From the IMG/VR virus record IMGVR_UViG_3300036546_000248: a stretch of DNA of 64,000 nucleotides. One strand, 5' to 3'. Below the pieces are notes generated by a model. It had not been told where the DNA came from and did not search any database. It saw nothing but the letters and a program-made list of their open reading frames with translations. This stretch comes from a virus. Lineage: Duplodnaviria; Caudoviricetes. Made by a program: the position numbers and the translations under genes. Positions 37,441-47,661 of the stretch are shown piece by piece. The stretch's first letter is position 1. Every line of letters starts with the position of its first letter.

Positions 37441-38070
37441 TCAGTGTCTGAGTGTGAACTCGAAGTCCCGCATACCACGCAGGGATGAGGGGTAGTAACG
37501 ATTCTCTGTATACGCCGGATAGGACAGCACATCTAACCCTGTGACATATACACCTTCAGGAACCGTGTAGGTGTAGCGTTCGCCGAGTACGTTGCGCGTT
37601 ACCTTTTCTTCAAAACCTGCATCCCCTTTGTATATTAGTTGTCCTGACGGACCATGAGCCCACGCATCGATGGTTCCGATGGTTTGAGTCGTCCCGTTAC
37701 TCAAGTGAATCCTGATGTAGTTGAGGTGCAAACCTTCCACTGGGTTGTTGTAATACCCGGTGAATGTTGCACTAACCTTACGGATTTTTGATAAGGTGTC
37801 GACAGAAAACTTGCTAACCATAGGCGGGTAGTTATTTTGAACGGTCGGATAGACATCGCGGTACCATCCGCGCACACTGTCGTATACCCACCCAGAAGGG
37901 TTTGCGATAACGTCAGAGATTTGAGTGAGACTCAGTAACTCAATTCCGTCAATGACTCGCCACTCCCCGCTTTGTTTTAACAAGGTGCTCTGAGGAGTGA
38001 TCCAACCAAGGTTTGTCAATCGGGCCTTAAGGGAACCTTCCGACCACTTCCCTCCTGCTTTAACTTTCAT
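37441..38070 (-). CDS. Trp-repeat-anchored beta-rich protein (fibre accessory-like)
   Basis: N-terminus MKVKAGGKW...GWI...KQSGEW shared with 33167-33880. Confidence 0.6.
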   Translation of the reverse strand: MKVKAGGKWSEGSLKARLTNLGWITPQSTLLKQSGEWRVIDGIELLSLTQISDVIANPSGWVYDSVRGWYRDVYPTVQNNYPPMVSKFSVDTLSKIRKVSATFTGYYNNPVEGLHLNYIRIHLSNGTTQTIGTIDAWAHGPSGQLIYKGDAGFEEKVTRNVLGERYTYTVPEGVYVTGLDVLSYPAYTENRYYPSSLRGMRDFEFTLRH

Positions 38071-38079
38071 GACGACCCC

Positions 38080-38592
38080 TTAAATCAAAATGCGATGTTG
38101 TACTTGTGTGGTCGGTAGATCCCGATAGGTTCTATACCACACCCGAGTAGTCCCGTACTGTGGCTGCCAGTTATTACTAACGAAGTGAAGCGGAATGTCG
38201 TTAAACATACCAATCTGTGGCCACGGAATATGCGTTTGGTTTCCCGCCATGTGGAACGTAAACCATCGTAGCGCACCTACGCCAATCTGTGAGTCCATAC
38301 CCCACTCACAACTCGCCCAGATGATGTTGTTGTCAAACAGGTTAAAACGATCAGTGCTAATGTCCCCAGTGGGTACGTAGGACTGCGCATAACCGAAACG
38401 TTCTCCATAAGACGGAAAGACGTGTGTGGGGATAATCAACAGGTCAATGATGCTAGCCGGTTTGTGCGGTTCACTGACGTCCTTCCACTGACCCCCGACT
38501 TTGGTAAACACGTGTTCGCCTTTGCGCCACACGTTGGCTTGCTTGAAATGGGGCAGTGTCTTTCTCCACGCCCCACCGGTACGTAGTCTCAT
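38080..38592 (-). CDS. Trp-repeat-anchored beta-rich protein (fibre accessory-like)
   Basis: MRLRTGGAW...NVW...KVGGQW. Confidence 0.6.
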   Translation of the reverse strand: MRLRTGGAWRKTLPHFKQANVWRKGEHVFTKVGGQWKDVSEPHKPASIIDLLIIPTHVFPSYGERFGYAQSYVPTGDISTDRFNLFDNNIIWASCEWGMDSQIGVGALRWFTFHMAGNQTHIPWPQIGMFNDIPLHFVSNNWQPQYGTTRVWYRTYRDLPTTQVQHRILI

Positions 38593-38611
38593 GTTGGTAT
38601 CCTAGAAGTTG

Positions 38612-39121
38612 TTAAACAGGGTCGTGGATGAGTTTGATGGTGAGTGTTTTACCGTACTGGCTCTTCAAGTACTGATGAACGTTCTTAACGCCATCTGAAA
38701 AGTATCGACGTGTGATCGTGTCAGAACTTCCCTGGTTCGTACTTTTGAACGGTAGTCGTCCCAAACCCTCGATTTCAACAGCGATGACTTTAGACGAGTC
38801 ACCTTTAGCATACAGACCAAACTGGAAGCCTGTTTGATTGTCATCGGGTGAGTTGAAGTCACGGATCTCGAGACCACGGTAATACGCAGGAGAAACAGTG
38901 CCTGGGTCAGGACTGCCTTGTTTGTAGAAGCCGTACCACACCTGTGGGGCGTTGAATGTTCCTACCCTTATTTGAAACGTTTCAATAATTTCATGTCGTC
39001 GAGCTATTGTCCAAACCCCGTCGATTTTGTAGTAAACAATATTTCCTCTCACCCAACTATTCAGGCGCTTGAGTTTGAGGTCGTTAACGTCTAACCAACC
39101 CTCGTTAATTCGAATCTTCAT
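38612..39121 (-). CDS. Trp-repeat-anchored beta-rich protein (fibre accessory-like)
   Basis: MKIRINEGW...NSW...KIDGVW. Confidence 0.6.
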   Translation of the reverse strand: MKIRINEGWLDVNDLKLKRLNSWVRGNIVYYKIDGVWTIARRHEIIETFQIRVGTFNAPQVWYGFYKQGSPDPGTVSPAYYRGLEIRDFNSPDDNQTGFQFGLYAKGDSSKVIAVEIEGLGRLPFKSTNQGSSDTITRRYFSDGVKNVHQYLKSQYGKTLTIKLIHDPV

Positions 39122-39184
39122 AACAACCTCTGTCGTGTCAGGGGATTAGAAAAAGGTACCTTCATAAAATTTCTGAGGATTGCC

Positions 39185-39226
39185 GGCATAACCGGGAGGT
39201 TACCCTCCCGGCTAGCTCTTTATGCC
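39185..39226. terminator. GGCATAA-hairpin-TTATGCC element after the terminase
   Basis: CCGGGAGG-TTAC-CCTCCCGG; the TTATGCC copy is the terminase GCA-TAA end. Confidence 0.75.
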
Positions 39227-41436
39227 GCCCGACGCCCGGTAAGGCCACCACGCCCCATGATCTTACCCCACGGGTTGAGGCTCTTCTGAACATGCGCCGC
39301 GTTGTGTGCACGCGCAGCTTTGATGTTGCGCAGACTACGTTCTTCCGAGGCCTTCTGGATCAGGCTGGACAAGCTGGTAACGGTGTCCTCATCCACACTG
39401 TCCATAGCGGCCAGTTTACGCGTGAGGTGTTCAAGCTTGGCTTCCAACCGCGCCACCACAAAGGTCTCTTTGGCATTAACCAACAGTTCGTAGACTTCTT
39501 CCATCTCCTTCTTCATCTTGTTAAACTGTGCCCGCTGATACAGCTCTTCAGGCGTCAGTTGTTTGTTGTTGCTAGTCACTGCAGACAACAGCTTACTGGT
39601 ATCGATTCCATAGTGATCCAAATTACGACCCATGGTCACCAACCACTGTGCCAACAACCACGCAATGACCGTGTCATCATGACCGGAGGCCGCGTGATCG
39701 ATTCGACCCTTCTTCACCACCAACCCACGAATCTCTTCAGACAACTGCTTGTCGTGTACCAAGTGCCCGCTGTCTTTCGCCGCATTCTGAAGAACCGGTC
39801 CGTAGAGTAGCGCACGGGTTTCGGCATTCGTGTTAAAGCCAAAGTAGCCTTTAGTCTCGTCGTAGAATTGTTCCGTCCGAGTACCCATGGGTTTACAGAT
39901 GGTCTTGTAAAGGTCTGCTTTCTCATTGGAGTTCTCCACAATACGGTTGAAGATACGACGGAACGGATCTTCGCCCATGGCTGGCAACTTCAGGATCAAG
40001 GCATCAACGATCATCTGACCAGTCGACTTCTTCTCAGGAATCAAGGTGATGTTCTTAAACCGCACCAAGAACTCTGCCAAGAAGTTAGAGAACCGAATCA
40101 GGTTAGTCTCATTGACATTGAACGCACCCACCACCGACAAGTCCTTGGTGTTAATGATCGTCCCTGCAATCCCGTCTCGACCCACCGCTTCAGAGGTATC
40201 CAACCCCAAGATGAACTGGTCGGTCTGCGTCAAGCGCTGAAGGCTGACTTCATCGACATACCAACGCACCACGTACAACTCTTTGGACACGAAGTTGTAC
40301 ATCACATCCCGTACCGAGTTTTTGATCATCTCGTTGAGCTGTGGGGTCAACGGCGAGCTTTGTGTACCAGACGTCCAGACGTTGAAGAAGTCGCGGTTTG
40401 CTCCATCACCATAGGAGTTTGCCTCCGCCATGGTCTTGTACAACCACTCGTCGGTGTAACCCAATTGGCGGTGCGAGAAGGTTGCGTTGATCAGGATCTT
40501 ACGACCAGGGTTGTTCTTCGCCACCATCTCATGGAAGGCTGCTTTGTCTACACAGTCAAAGTACAGTTCAGTCCACTTAGCACCGCCGTGGATCATGTCG
40601 TACATGTACTTGCCGTCGCGGTCATCCTTCTTACCAGCGGTTGTGGTGAAGATGTTACCGTGTGGACGGTTGTGTTTACGGGCTTCTTCACGCGCTGCGT
40701 TACCGGCCGCCAGCGCAGCAGGCAAAGTGATGCCAATGAAGTTAATGAACGGACCTTCGTCGATGTGGCTGATTGGTGAGGTCTGTCCACGACCCAGGTT
40801 GTTAGCACTGGATTCGGAGTTTTGAGCAACACCTGTGGAGTAGGTGTTCTCCCACTTCTTACAGGTGACTTCGAATTGGTTATCAGAGTCTGTACGACCC
40901 TTAGCGACCAAATAAGGTGGTAATAGATCCCGGATTTTCTTCAGACGTTCAACGTTAGCCTTACGCAGAGCATCGTCCTTTGTGATCATGTTGATACGAG
41001 AGTTACTCGTACCCAAGAACAGTAACCAGATCATCAAACAGTCAGTAGATACCGATTTACCTGTCTGACGAGGTTGGATCAAGGCGATGTCCATGTTGTT
41101 GATAAAGGTCCATGTGGTCGCCATGTTCCCCCGGTTGGCTTTGTAGGGAACCGGGTTAGGGCCTGCCACAGGTGGAATGCGCACTACTTCACGTAAGTAG
41201 TACCAAATGTTGTACCGGCACTCCAAACCAATCTTCATCTTGTAGGCATCGGACAACACTTCAGAATGTGGGTCAACCCCAATCAATTCCGGTTGCATAA
41301 TCGCCAAGGGCCACAGGCAGTTTTTAATCCCCATCTCTTTTAGCAGGGAGCTGTAGCGTAGGAAAGATTCGTTCTTTGTGGAATAATCCACTCTGGCCAT
41401 CGGGTAACGATGCCAATCGTTTCCAAACAAAATCAT
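39220..41436 (-). CDS. terL: Terminase large subunit (phiKZ gp25-like)
   Basis: Walker A QPRQTGKS, Walker B HIDE, nuclease LGLDTSE, IDH...HDDTVIAW. Confidence 0.92.
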   Translation of the reverse strand: MILFGNDWHRYPMARVDYSTKNESFLRYSSLLKEMGIKNCLWPLAIMQPELIGVDPHSEVLSDAYKMKIGLECRYNIWYYLREVVRIPPVAGPNPVPYKANRGNMATTWTFINNMDIALIQPRQTGKSVSTDCLMIWLLFLGTSNSRINMITKDDALRKANVERLKKIRDLLPPYLVAKGRTDSDNQFEVTCKKWENTYSTGVAQNSESSANNLGRGQTSPISHIDEGPFINFIGITLPAALAAGNAAREEARKHNRPHGNIFTTTAGKKDDRDGKYMYDMIHGGAKWTELYFDCVDKAAFHEMVAKNNPGRKILINATFSHRQLGYTDEWLYKTMAEANSYGDGANRDFFNVWTSGTQSSPLTPQLNEMIKNSVRDVMYNFVSKELYVVRWYVDEVSLQRLTQTDQFILGLDTSEAVGRDGIAGTIINTKDLSVVGAFNVNETNLIRFSNFLAEFLVRFKNITLIPEKKSTGQMIVDALILKLPAMGEDPFRRIFNRIVENSNEKADLYKTICKPMGTRTEQFYDETKGYFGFNTNAETRALLYGPVLQNAAKDSGHLVHDKQLSEEIRGLVVKKGRIDHAASGHDDTVIAWLLAQWLVTMGRNLDHYGIDTSKLLSAVTSNNKQLTPEELYQRAQFNKMKKEMEEVYELLVNAKETFVVARLEAKLEHLTRKLAAMDSVDEDTVTSLSSLIQKASEERSLRNIKAARAHNAAHVQKSLNPWGKIMGRGGLTGRRAA

Positions 41437-41526
41437 AGTCGTTACCTATTGACAGGGAAGCTGTATAGTCTATAGGATTGGGGAGCCCCTACAAAAGGCA
41501 AAAAAAAAGAGGCCAGAAGGCCTCTC

Positions 41527-41814
41527 TCAGAGTTGCTCCACCACGTATGTGGCGATGCCGTGATCCCGGAACTCCCGAAACAAGATCTCTGAGTACTCGG
41601 TGGCCGATTCCAACAAAACTTCTTCGACCTTGTAGTTGGTTGCTTCTAGTACCAGCAAAACTAACTCTTCAGACAAATCCAGGCGCTGTACATCATCAGT
41701 CGCCTTTTCAAGTTGGGTCAGTAAGTTCACGACTTGAGTGTGCTCTTTCAACTCATAAACCCGACTTTTCATTTCGGATGTCAGACTTCGCAACGTAACA
41801 TTTACCATATCCAT
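41527..41814 (-). CDS. Small early hypothetical protein
   Basis: 95 aa followed by a hairpin and U-tract. Confidence 0.6.
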   Translation of the reverse strand: MDMVNVTLRSLTSEMKSRVYELKEHTQVVNLLTQLEKATDDVQRLDLSEELVLLVLEATNYKVEEVLLESATEYSEILFREFRDHGIATYVVEQL

Positions 41815-41853
41815 GTTCTCTTCCCCACTTTACGAATAAGAACTGTATAAAGT

Positions 41854-42168
41854 TTAAGCTGGAACGCCCAGAAACGCCAGACGATCTTCAATCAGATTCA
41901 GGCGCATTTCCAGAGCGACGATATTATCGCCGCTCAGTTGGGCATGTAGACCGTGATCGAAATATTCATCGATCACCGATTGGATCATTGCGACTTCATG
42001 ACGAAGCTCAGCAGCCTGTTGTTTACGGCTTTCCAAACGCTGTGTGCGTTCAGCAGCCGCCATTGCTTTAACCTCAACCGGATCTACTTTTTCGATGGTG
42101 CGATGGATCTGCTTCATCTGGCGATCAAACAGCTTATCCAGGGCAGCTTCAAAGCTCATGGTGTTCAT
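41854..42168 (-). CDS. Small early coiled-coil protein
   Basis: 104 aa; AGGAG RBS and TATATTAC promoter. Confidence 0.7.
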   Translation of the reverse strand: MNTMSFEAALDKLFDRQMKQIHRTIEKVDPVEVKAMAAAERTQRLESRKQQAAELRHEVAMIQSVIDEYFDHGLHAQLSGDNIVALEMRLNLIEDRLAFLGVPA

Positions 42169-42226
42169 GATGGTTCTCCTAAGAACTCAAGGGTTAGATA
42201 CAGGTTGTTGTATCCTATTCCTTTAA

Positions 42227-42234
42227 GTAATATA
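42227..42234 (-). promoter_or_regulatory. Early promoter TATATTAC
   Basis: Exact consensus with an upstream A-tract. Confidence 0.8.
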
Positions 42235-42262
42235 GATCTGAAATTTTTTTATTTGACCAAAC

Positions 42263-42291
42263 GGCATAAACGGGAGGTTGCCCTCCCGTTT
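42263..42291 (-). terminator. Hairpin plus TTATGCC element
   Basis: GGCATAAACGGGAGG-TTGC-CCTCCCGTTT; near-identical to the 37409 copy. Confidence 0.78.
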
Positions 42292-42304
42292 AGTCCAATC
42301 AGGG

Positions 42305-43984
42305 TTAACTGATCTGTTTGGTGTACATGACACCCATACCCAACTGTACGTCGGTCACTGCGGTGCGTCGGAAGAAACGGATGATAACCGGCTCTCCTGA
42401 CTTAATGGCGTGTGGCGACACCAGTTCGTGGTTCCACATCTCAAGTGGGTACTCGAAGTTCTCACCGTTGATGTAGAGTGCGAAGTGGGTCGGTTCCGGC
42501 GCACGTTGCTCCACAGCAGGATTGAACAATGGTTCGGCGCGGTAGAACACCTGGTCCAACCACACCGCGTAGTTGCTCAAACCGTTACTGAGGTCCAGCT
42601 TCCAGTTGTTGACGTTCTCCATGCGGGAGGTGGCTTTAACACCCGAACCGTACATCGGGTTTTGACCCGGCGTGTAGCGGATAGCCCAACGGTCTTCGCT
42701 GACCAAGCTGTCCGGTTGACGCAGTACGATACCGATGGTTTGGCTGTGACGGTAGTTTTTGAACTGACCATCCACTTCCTGCATGTTGATACCAACCGTG
42801 AGGTTTTGCAGCACCCCATAGTCCGTTGGACGGAACTCGGCAGACCCTACAGCGAAGGACACCAAGTGACTCACTTCGAACCATTCTTCTCGGTCCAAGT
42901 TCATCAAGAACCAGCGCAGCCGGTAACCGTAGATGTTATCCACCCACACCGGTGCACAGAACAGCTTCACACTGTACGCCCCGTCCATCCGCAACGTAGT
43001 GGCCTTGTAGGCCGTCGAGATGTGCTTGCCCTGGTTAGCAGTCGCCCCGTAGCAATACTCATCATCACCCAGACGGTACGTCAACACCAAGTCCAACCGC
43101 TGACCTTGTTGGGTGGCCATGTAGTTATTCAACCCATACAGGTTAAACTTACTACCGTCCACAGCCATGCGAGTTTGACTGTTGTCACTGTACGTCACCA
43201 CGCCAATTGCATTGAGTGCCGACACCGGAAGGTTAATCGGGAACTGAAGTAACGACTGGTCCACTTCCGAAAGGAAGGGAGATTCCAGATGAATCGCGGT
43301 GATGTACTTGCGGTACGCATCGGTGGTGCGAGCAAAGGCACTGTTACACACCAGTACCCGCGCCATCGAACGTACGTTACCGACTTGGTCATACGCCACG
43401 ACCGTCAGCACTTCGTTGTCTGGGAGTTGACGCATGGTGTAAGCAGCCATCGGTACCTTTACCGCCTTGTTGTAGGCAGCCGGTTGTCCATCCGGGTTGT
43501 TCGGTACCTGCGCCAGCTCAAGCGGAATGTTTTCACCCAACATCTGACCGTTTTGGTCATACATGGCCGAGATGACATTCGCGCTGTCACCGATATCTGA
43601 TCCCAAGAACACCTTGACGTATTCAACCGTCGTACCTTTGAACGACAGACGAGAATCCAACGCCAACGTGAAAGGCACCACCGAGGTGTCAATGAACGCC
43701 CGGAACGACTCGCTTTGATAGCCAGGTCCCACACCCAACAGGATGTCCTCATCGTTCAACGAATCGCTTTCCAGCGGTTCTTCATAACGCCGAAGACGCG
43801 ACAGCCCCGTGGTGTAATCCACACTCACCACACGCCACAGGCCCGTGGCCCAATCCCAAACTTCATCGTCCAGGTTCGGGCAATATCGACCGGTCCCATC
43901 CGGTCCGGTGTACAGCTCAGATTTGCGCCAGCGACGATGTCCCCGATCGGGGTTAATCACTGGCACCATTGGGGTAGTTGACAT
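42305..43984 (-). CDS. Virion tail/baseplate structural protein (phiKZ gp26-like)
   Basis: 559 aa beta-rich; synteny between terminase and sheath. Confidence 0.7.
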   Translation of the reverse strand: MSTTPMVPVINPDRGHRRWRKSELYTGPDGTGRYCPNLDDEVWDWATGLWRVVSVDYTTGLSRLRRYEEPLESDSLNDEDILLGVGPGYQSESFRAFIDTSVVPFTLALDSRLSFKGTTVEYVKVFLGSDIGDSANVISAMYDQNGQMLGENIPLELAQVPNNPDGQPAAYNKAVKVPMAAYTMRQLPDNEVLTVVAYDQVGNVRSMARVLVCNSAFARTTDAYRKYITAIHLESPFLSEVDQSLLQFPINLPVSALNAIGVVTYSDNSQTRMAVDGSKFNLYGLNNYMATQQGQRLDLVLTYRLGDDEYCYGATANQGKHISTAYKATTLRMDGAYSVKLFCAPVWVDNIYGYRLRWFLMNLDREEWFEVSHLVSFAVGSAEFRPTDYGVLQNLTVGINMQEVDGQFKNYRHSQTIGIVLRQPDSLVSEDRWAIRYTPGQNPMYGSGVKATSRMENVNNWKLDLSNGLSNYAVWLDQVFYRAEPLFNPAVEQRAPEPTHFALYINGENFEYPLEMWNHELVSPHAIKSGEPVIIRFFRRTAVTDVQLGMGVMYTKQIS

Positions 43985-43991
43985 AACTCAC

Positions 43992-46556
43992 CTAATCGTC
44001 AGAAATGGAAACAAAGTGGTTGACGTTGACCTTATCCTCGAGATAATACTTGATAGCCCGTTTCAAGAACGTCAGCTTGTAGATACTCAACTCAAAGACC
44101 GAGTTGTACGTGTGGGGATGAACCACCACGTAACGGTCGTCCACAGCCTTACGAGTGGGTTCGAAGTCCAACAACCATTCGTAGCTTTTGAGCAGACTGC
44201 GCATGAACGGGATGTCATATCGACCAATCATCCGATTGTCCCACAACACCCCACGGTCCAAATCGGATATCAACCGAGCCACAAACGGACTGTAAACTCG
44301 GTAACGGTCTGGGATAGGTGTGATGCCGGGTAGTTTAGGTTCACGACGTTTCCCGTTGACATACGTCTCCACAATCACATCCACCGCTTGCGATTGTTCT
44401 CGCAAAACGTAGGTGTCTGTGGGTGTGTACACACCTAACGGGTTAACGATTTCATCCACCTGATAAGGACGCCCATTTTGCAGCAGCTTGGTGGCATCAA
44501 CGTTTGGATAGTCCTCAACGAAAGCGACCTCCGAACGGTGTTTGGCACACCCACCCACCACGATCCGCACGTTCTTGTCATCGCGCAGGTTGATGGTTTG
44601 GTTCATACTGAGCAAACCGTACTCCACAAACCCAACGTCCGGCTGAGCTTCCGGCGTCATGTCGTCTTGACAGAACCCTTCGGCCATCACCACCACATCT
44701 TGAGTCCCGTCGACCAAATACTCTTTGTTAGTCAACACCACTTTGGGCCAACTTACAAAATAGTCGAGGTTCTCAATCAGACCGTACCCGTTCAACCACA
44801 CACTTACCCGCCGTGGTGGCAGCGTCAGGTCACCGTCGGTATAACCATTCCCCGAACGTTCTTCTTTGCTGCGCAGAGTCAGGTGGTAGATACCAGCATC
44901 CATCGCCAATTGTTGACGATATAGCAGGAAAGCTTCGTCAGACTTCACCAGTCCTTGCCAGTTGACCGCATTGAGGGTCCAAGCCAGTTGACCGTTTTGG
45001 AAACTGAAATCCACTCCTTCTTTCGCAGGAACCCAATTACCAGTTACCACACCCGCCACTTTAGGCGACTTATAGAACCGATAATTGTGTCGCGTGTCTA
45101 GGGTTCTCGCCGTCAAGCCATGGATAGCGCTTACTTGTCGACTACCAATCCCACGGTGGGCTTCAATCATCCGAGTCCTACGTTCGATGGGGTTGTAGTA
45201 CTCACCCCCGTTGTGAACATGAAAACCCAGCAGCTTACCCTGTGCATCAAACTCCAGCATTGTGGAGGGGTCATAGAAGCCGACAGGTAGCTTGACGAAA
45301 CGAGTCCCGGCCATCAAGTCCACCTTTTGCGGTGTCGGCACCACTAACTGCGTGATGGCGTTATAACCGTAGGCCTTCTCCACCATGGCGTTGGTGATTT
45401 GACCGTCCTGCGCCCGCATCATTGCCGTATACCACGACTGCTCCAGATGGTCAGCCCGCCAGTTAGGTACTGTCGATTCCAACCCCAACATCGCCTCTTG
45501 GATCTGTTGGTCGGTGAGCTTATACAGCTCATGAAGACGGTTGTGTTCAAACACCAACGGGCGCTTGTAACCAGACTCTCGAATAAACAGGTGCAGTTCC
45601 AAGTCGTTGATGTCGGACCACTCAGGGTGGTCATTGACATAACCCTGAACATAGGTCACAGGAATCGAGTACGTGTTGTGCGTTACCATCCGCACCGCGT
45701 CTTCTTTGTTACGGTGATAGAACACACCTGAGAAACGCCCATTGACCCCCGGTTTTACCAGATAGATGTCAATGTCGTCGCGGTAATCAATCCACGCATC
45801 AGCGTTAGCTTTGTCGCGGTAAATCAAAAACTTACGCTTCTGATCCAGTACGCTGTCAAAGGTTGGAAGATCCTTGACCTTCAACACCACTCGCCGCCGC
45901 ATTGAGGCATCATAAAAGAATTCCGCCTCATCACCCAACCCCATTCGCCCAGGCTGTACATCATCGACGTAACGACCGTTGTGAAAGGTTAGGGTTTGTC
46001 CGACTTTGGCTTTGAAGCTATTGCGCAGGTTTTGGAACGACACCAGATCTTGCGTGCTACCCCAGTGGGTATAACCCGTACAGGTCAGGGTTTCAGACTG
46101 TCCATCCGAACGCCGCGAACTGTAGTACGCATTCGAGTAGAAGCGCACAAACAAAGGTTTCACGTAACGACCGCTCAACACATCCACTTGCCGCAGTGCG
46201 ATCACCACATTGCGATCACCCATCACCATCACGTAGGCCAGCTTCCGAGGGAACTGAAAACCGTCTTTGTGATACAGGTTGATGGTCACCCCTTCGTTCT
46301 TTGCCAGCTGGTCCACCGATTGCCAAACCTTTTGTTTAGCACCAATCCCCAAATGACGGGGATGAACCTGACCAACAGAGAACACGTGATAGATGTCACC
46401 ACTGGTGGGGAGTGGAATAGTTTGCCATTCCACCGCACACACCTTAGAAACCCCGAGGTCTCGAGTGATGCGTGCGACTTGGAAGACGTGTTGATAGTCC
46501 TGATCTGGAGTGCACCAAACGTTTTTGGTTCCGTGCAGCGCCAGAAAATTAGACAT
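43992..46556 (-). CDS. Virion structural protein (phiKZ gp27-like)
   Basis: 854 aa; synteny. Confidence 0.7.
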   Translation of the reverse strand: MSNFLALHGTKNVWCTPDQDYQHVFQVARITRDLGVSKVCAVEWQTIPLPTSGDIYHVFSVGQVHPRHLGIGAKQKVWQSVDQLAKNEGVTINLYHKDGFQFPRKLAYVMVMGDRNVVIALRQVDVLSGRYVKPLFVRFYSNAYYSSRRSDGQSETLTCTGYTHWGSTQDLVSFQNLRNSFKAKVGQTLTFHNGRYVDDVQPGRMGLGDEAEFFYDASMRRRVVLKVKDLPTFDSVLDQKRKFLIYRDKANADAWIDYRDDIDIYLVKPGVNGRFSGVFYHRNKEDAVRMVTHNTYSIPVTYVQGYVNDHPEWSDINDLELHLFIRESGYKRPLVFEHNRLHELYKLTDQQIQEAMLGLESTVPNWRADHLEQSWYTAMMRAQDGQITNAMVEKAYGYNAITQLVVPTPQKVDLMAGTRFVKLPVGFYDPSTMLEFDAQGKLLGFHVHNGGEYYNPIERRTRMIEAHRGIGSRQVSAIHGLTARTLDTRHNYRFYKSPKVAGVVTGNWVPAKEGVDFSFQNGQLAWTLNAVNWQGLVKSDEAFLLYRQQLAMDAGIYHLTLRSKEERSGNGYTDGDLTLPPRRVSVWLNGYGLIENLDYFVSWPKVVLTNKEYLVDGTQDVVVMAEGFCQDDMTPEAQPDVGFVEYGLLSMNQTINLRDDKNVRIVVGGCAKHRSEVAFVEDYPNVDATKLLQNGRPYQVDEIVNPLGVYTPTDTYVLREQSQAVDVIVETYVNGKRREPKLPGITPIPDRYRVYSPFVARLISDLDRGVLWDNRMIGRYDIPFMRSLLKSYEWLLDFEPTRKAVDDRYVVVHPHTYNSVFELSIYKLTFLKRAIKYYLEDKVNVNHFVSISDD

Positions 46557-47449
46557 TAGAGCACCTCGAGCATGCGTGCCAAGTTGATGGTGAATTGCTT
46601 ACCGGCACCGTTGCGATCATTGATCTGAACAACGTTGGCGATCGGTGCCTTACGGAAGCTCCGATCAATCAGGGCCGTATAGATGATGGCGTACCACGTC
46701 GGAATGTGTTCCAGCGCCACAGCCACCACTTCCCGTGCGTTGAAACCAAACCATCCACCACCCAACATGGCGTATAGCAGCGCCACATCAAGTTGTTCCA
46801 GACGACGGTTGGGAATCACTTCTTTGACCACCGCAACGAAATCAGTCACCCCATCCATATAACGAATAGGACCGATGTTGTCGAAGATCCACTGGGCGTT
46901 GAGCTTGGTGCAGCGCGCCACACGGGGGACCATACGCTGAAGATCGCTTTCCGTCAGTTCTGTCAGCTCCCGCATACCACAGAGGTGCCAGAAGGAGGCT
47001 ACCATCGCCAGCTTCATTTGCTCTTCGGGGTTGAGATTCAGACGACGAGTGATGTTCTCGGAAACGTAACGGGCAAAGGTGGTCAGTGCCAAATCACCCA
47101 AATTGCCGATGTCTTCCATGCTGTGACGATGGGCATACAACGTCAAGGCTGCACGCGTCACATTGAATTGAAACTCGGTGTGGTTGGCCACTTTATAAGT
47201 GGAGCCATCTTCACGGATGAGTGCGCGGGCATCGATAACGACAACCGTTTGCCCGGCATGTTCGATCAATACTGGATGGGTAAACGGTTTGATCTCGCGA
47301 TTGCGTGGCGAGACCAAGTAGATACCGTTGAGCGACGTGCCTTCAAGGCTGTAGAGAGTACCCTCCACAAACGCCAAACGAAGGTGTTTGAGCGTGTCGG
47401 CCATGTTATACGACGCGCAGGGCTTGGTATCGTATGGAGAGACTTTCAT
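46556..47449 (-). CDS. Virion structural protein (phiKZ gp28-like)
   Basis: 297 aa, divergent from the sheath gene. Confidence 0.68.
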   Translation of the reverse strand: MKVSPYDTKPCASYNMADTLKHLRLAFVEGTLYSLEGTSLNGIYLVSPRNREIKPFTHPVLIEHAGQTVVVIDARALIREDGSTYKVANHTEFQFNVTRAALTLYAHRHSMEDIGNLGDLALTTFARYVSENITRRLNLNPEEQMKLAMVASFWHLCGMRELTELTESDLQRMVPRVARCTKLNAQWIFDNIGPIRYMDGVTDFVAVVKEVIPNRRLEQLDVALLYAMLGGGWFGFNAREVVAVALEHIPTWYAIIYTALIDRSFRKAPIANVVQINDRNGAGKQFTINLARMLEVL

Positions 47450-47661
47450 CTATTCAATCTCCTGGTTTACTGGGACGTAAAAGTTTACTAAACTTAGGTA
47501 TGTAGTTCGTCGCTGGAATAGTATGATGTACTACATCAGTGTACGGCAACTATACCATTCAAGTTATTTCTCCTCCGATAAGACCATGGCTTGGACGAAG
47601 AGTAGATTTGTTTGGTCCTTTAATCGCGATTAATGATCAACGTTTGATCACGGGAGCTGTT

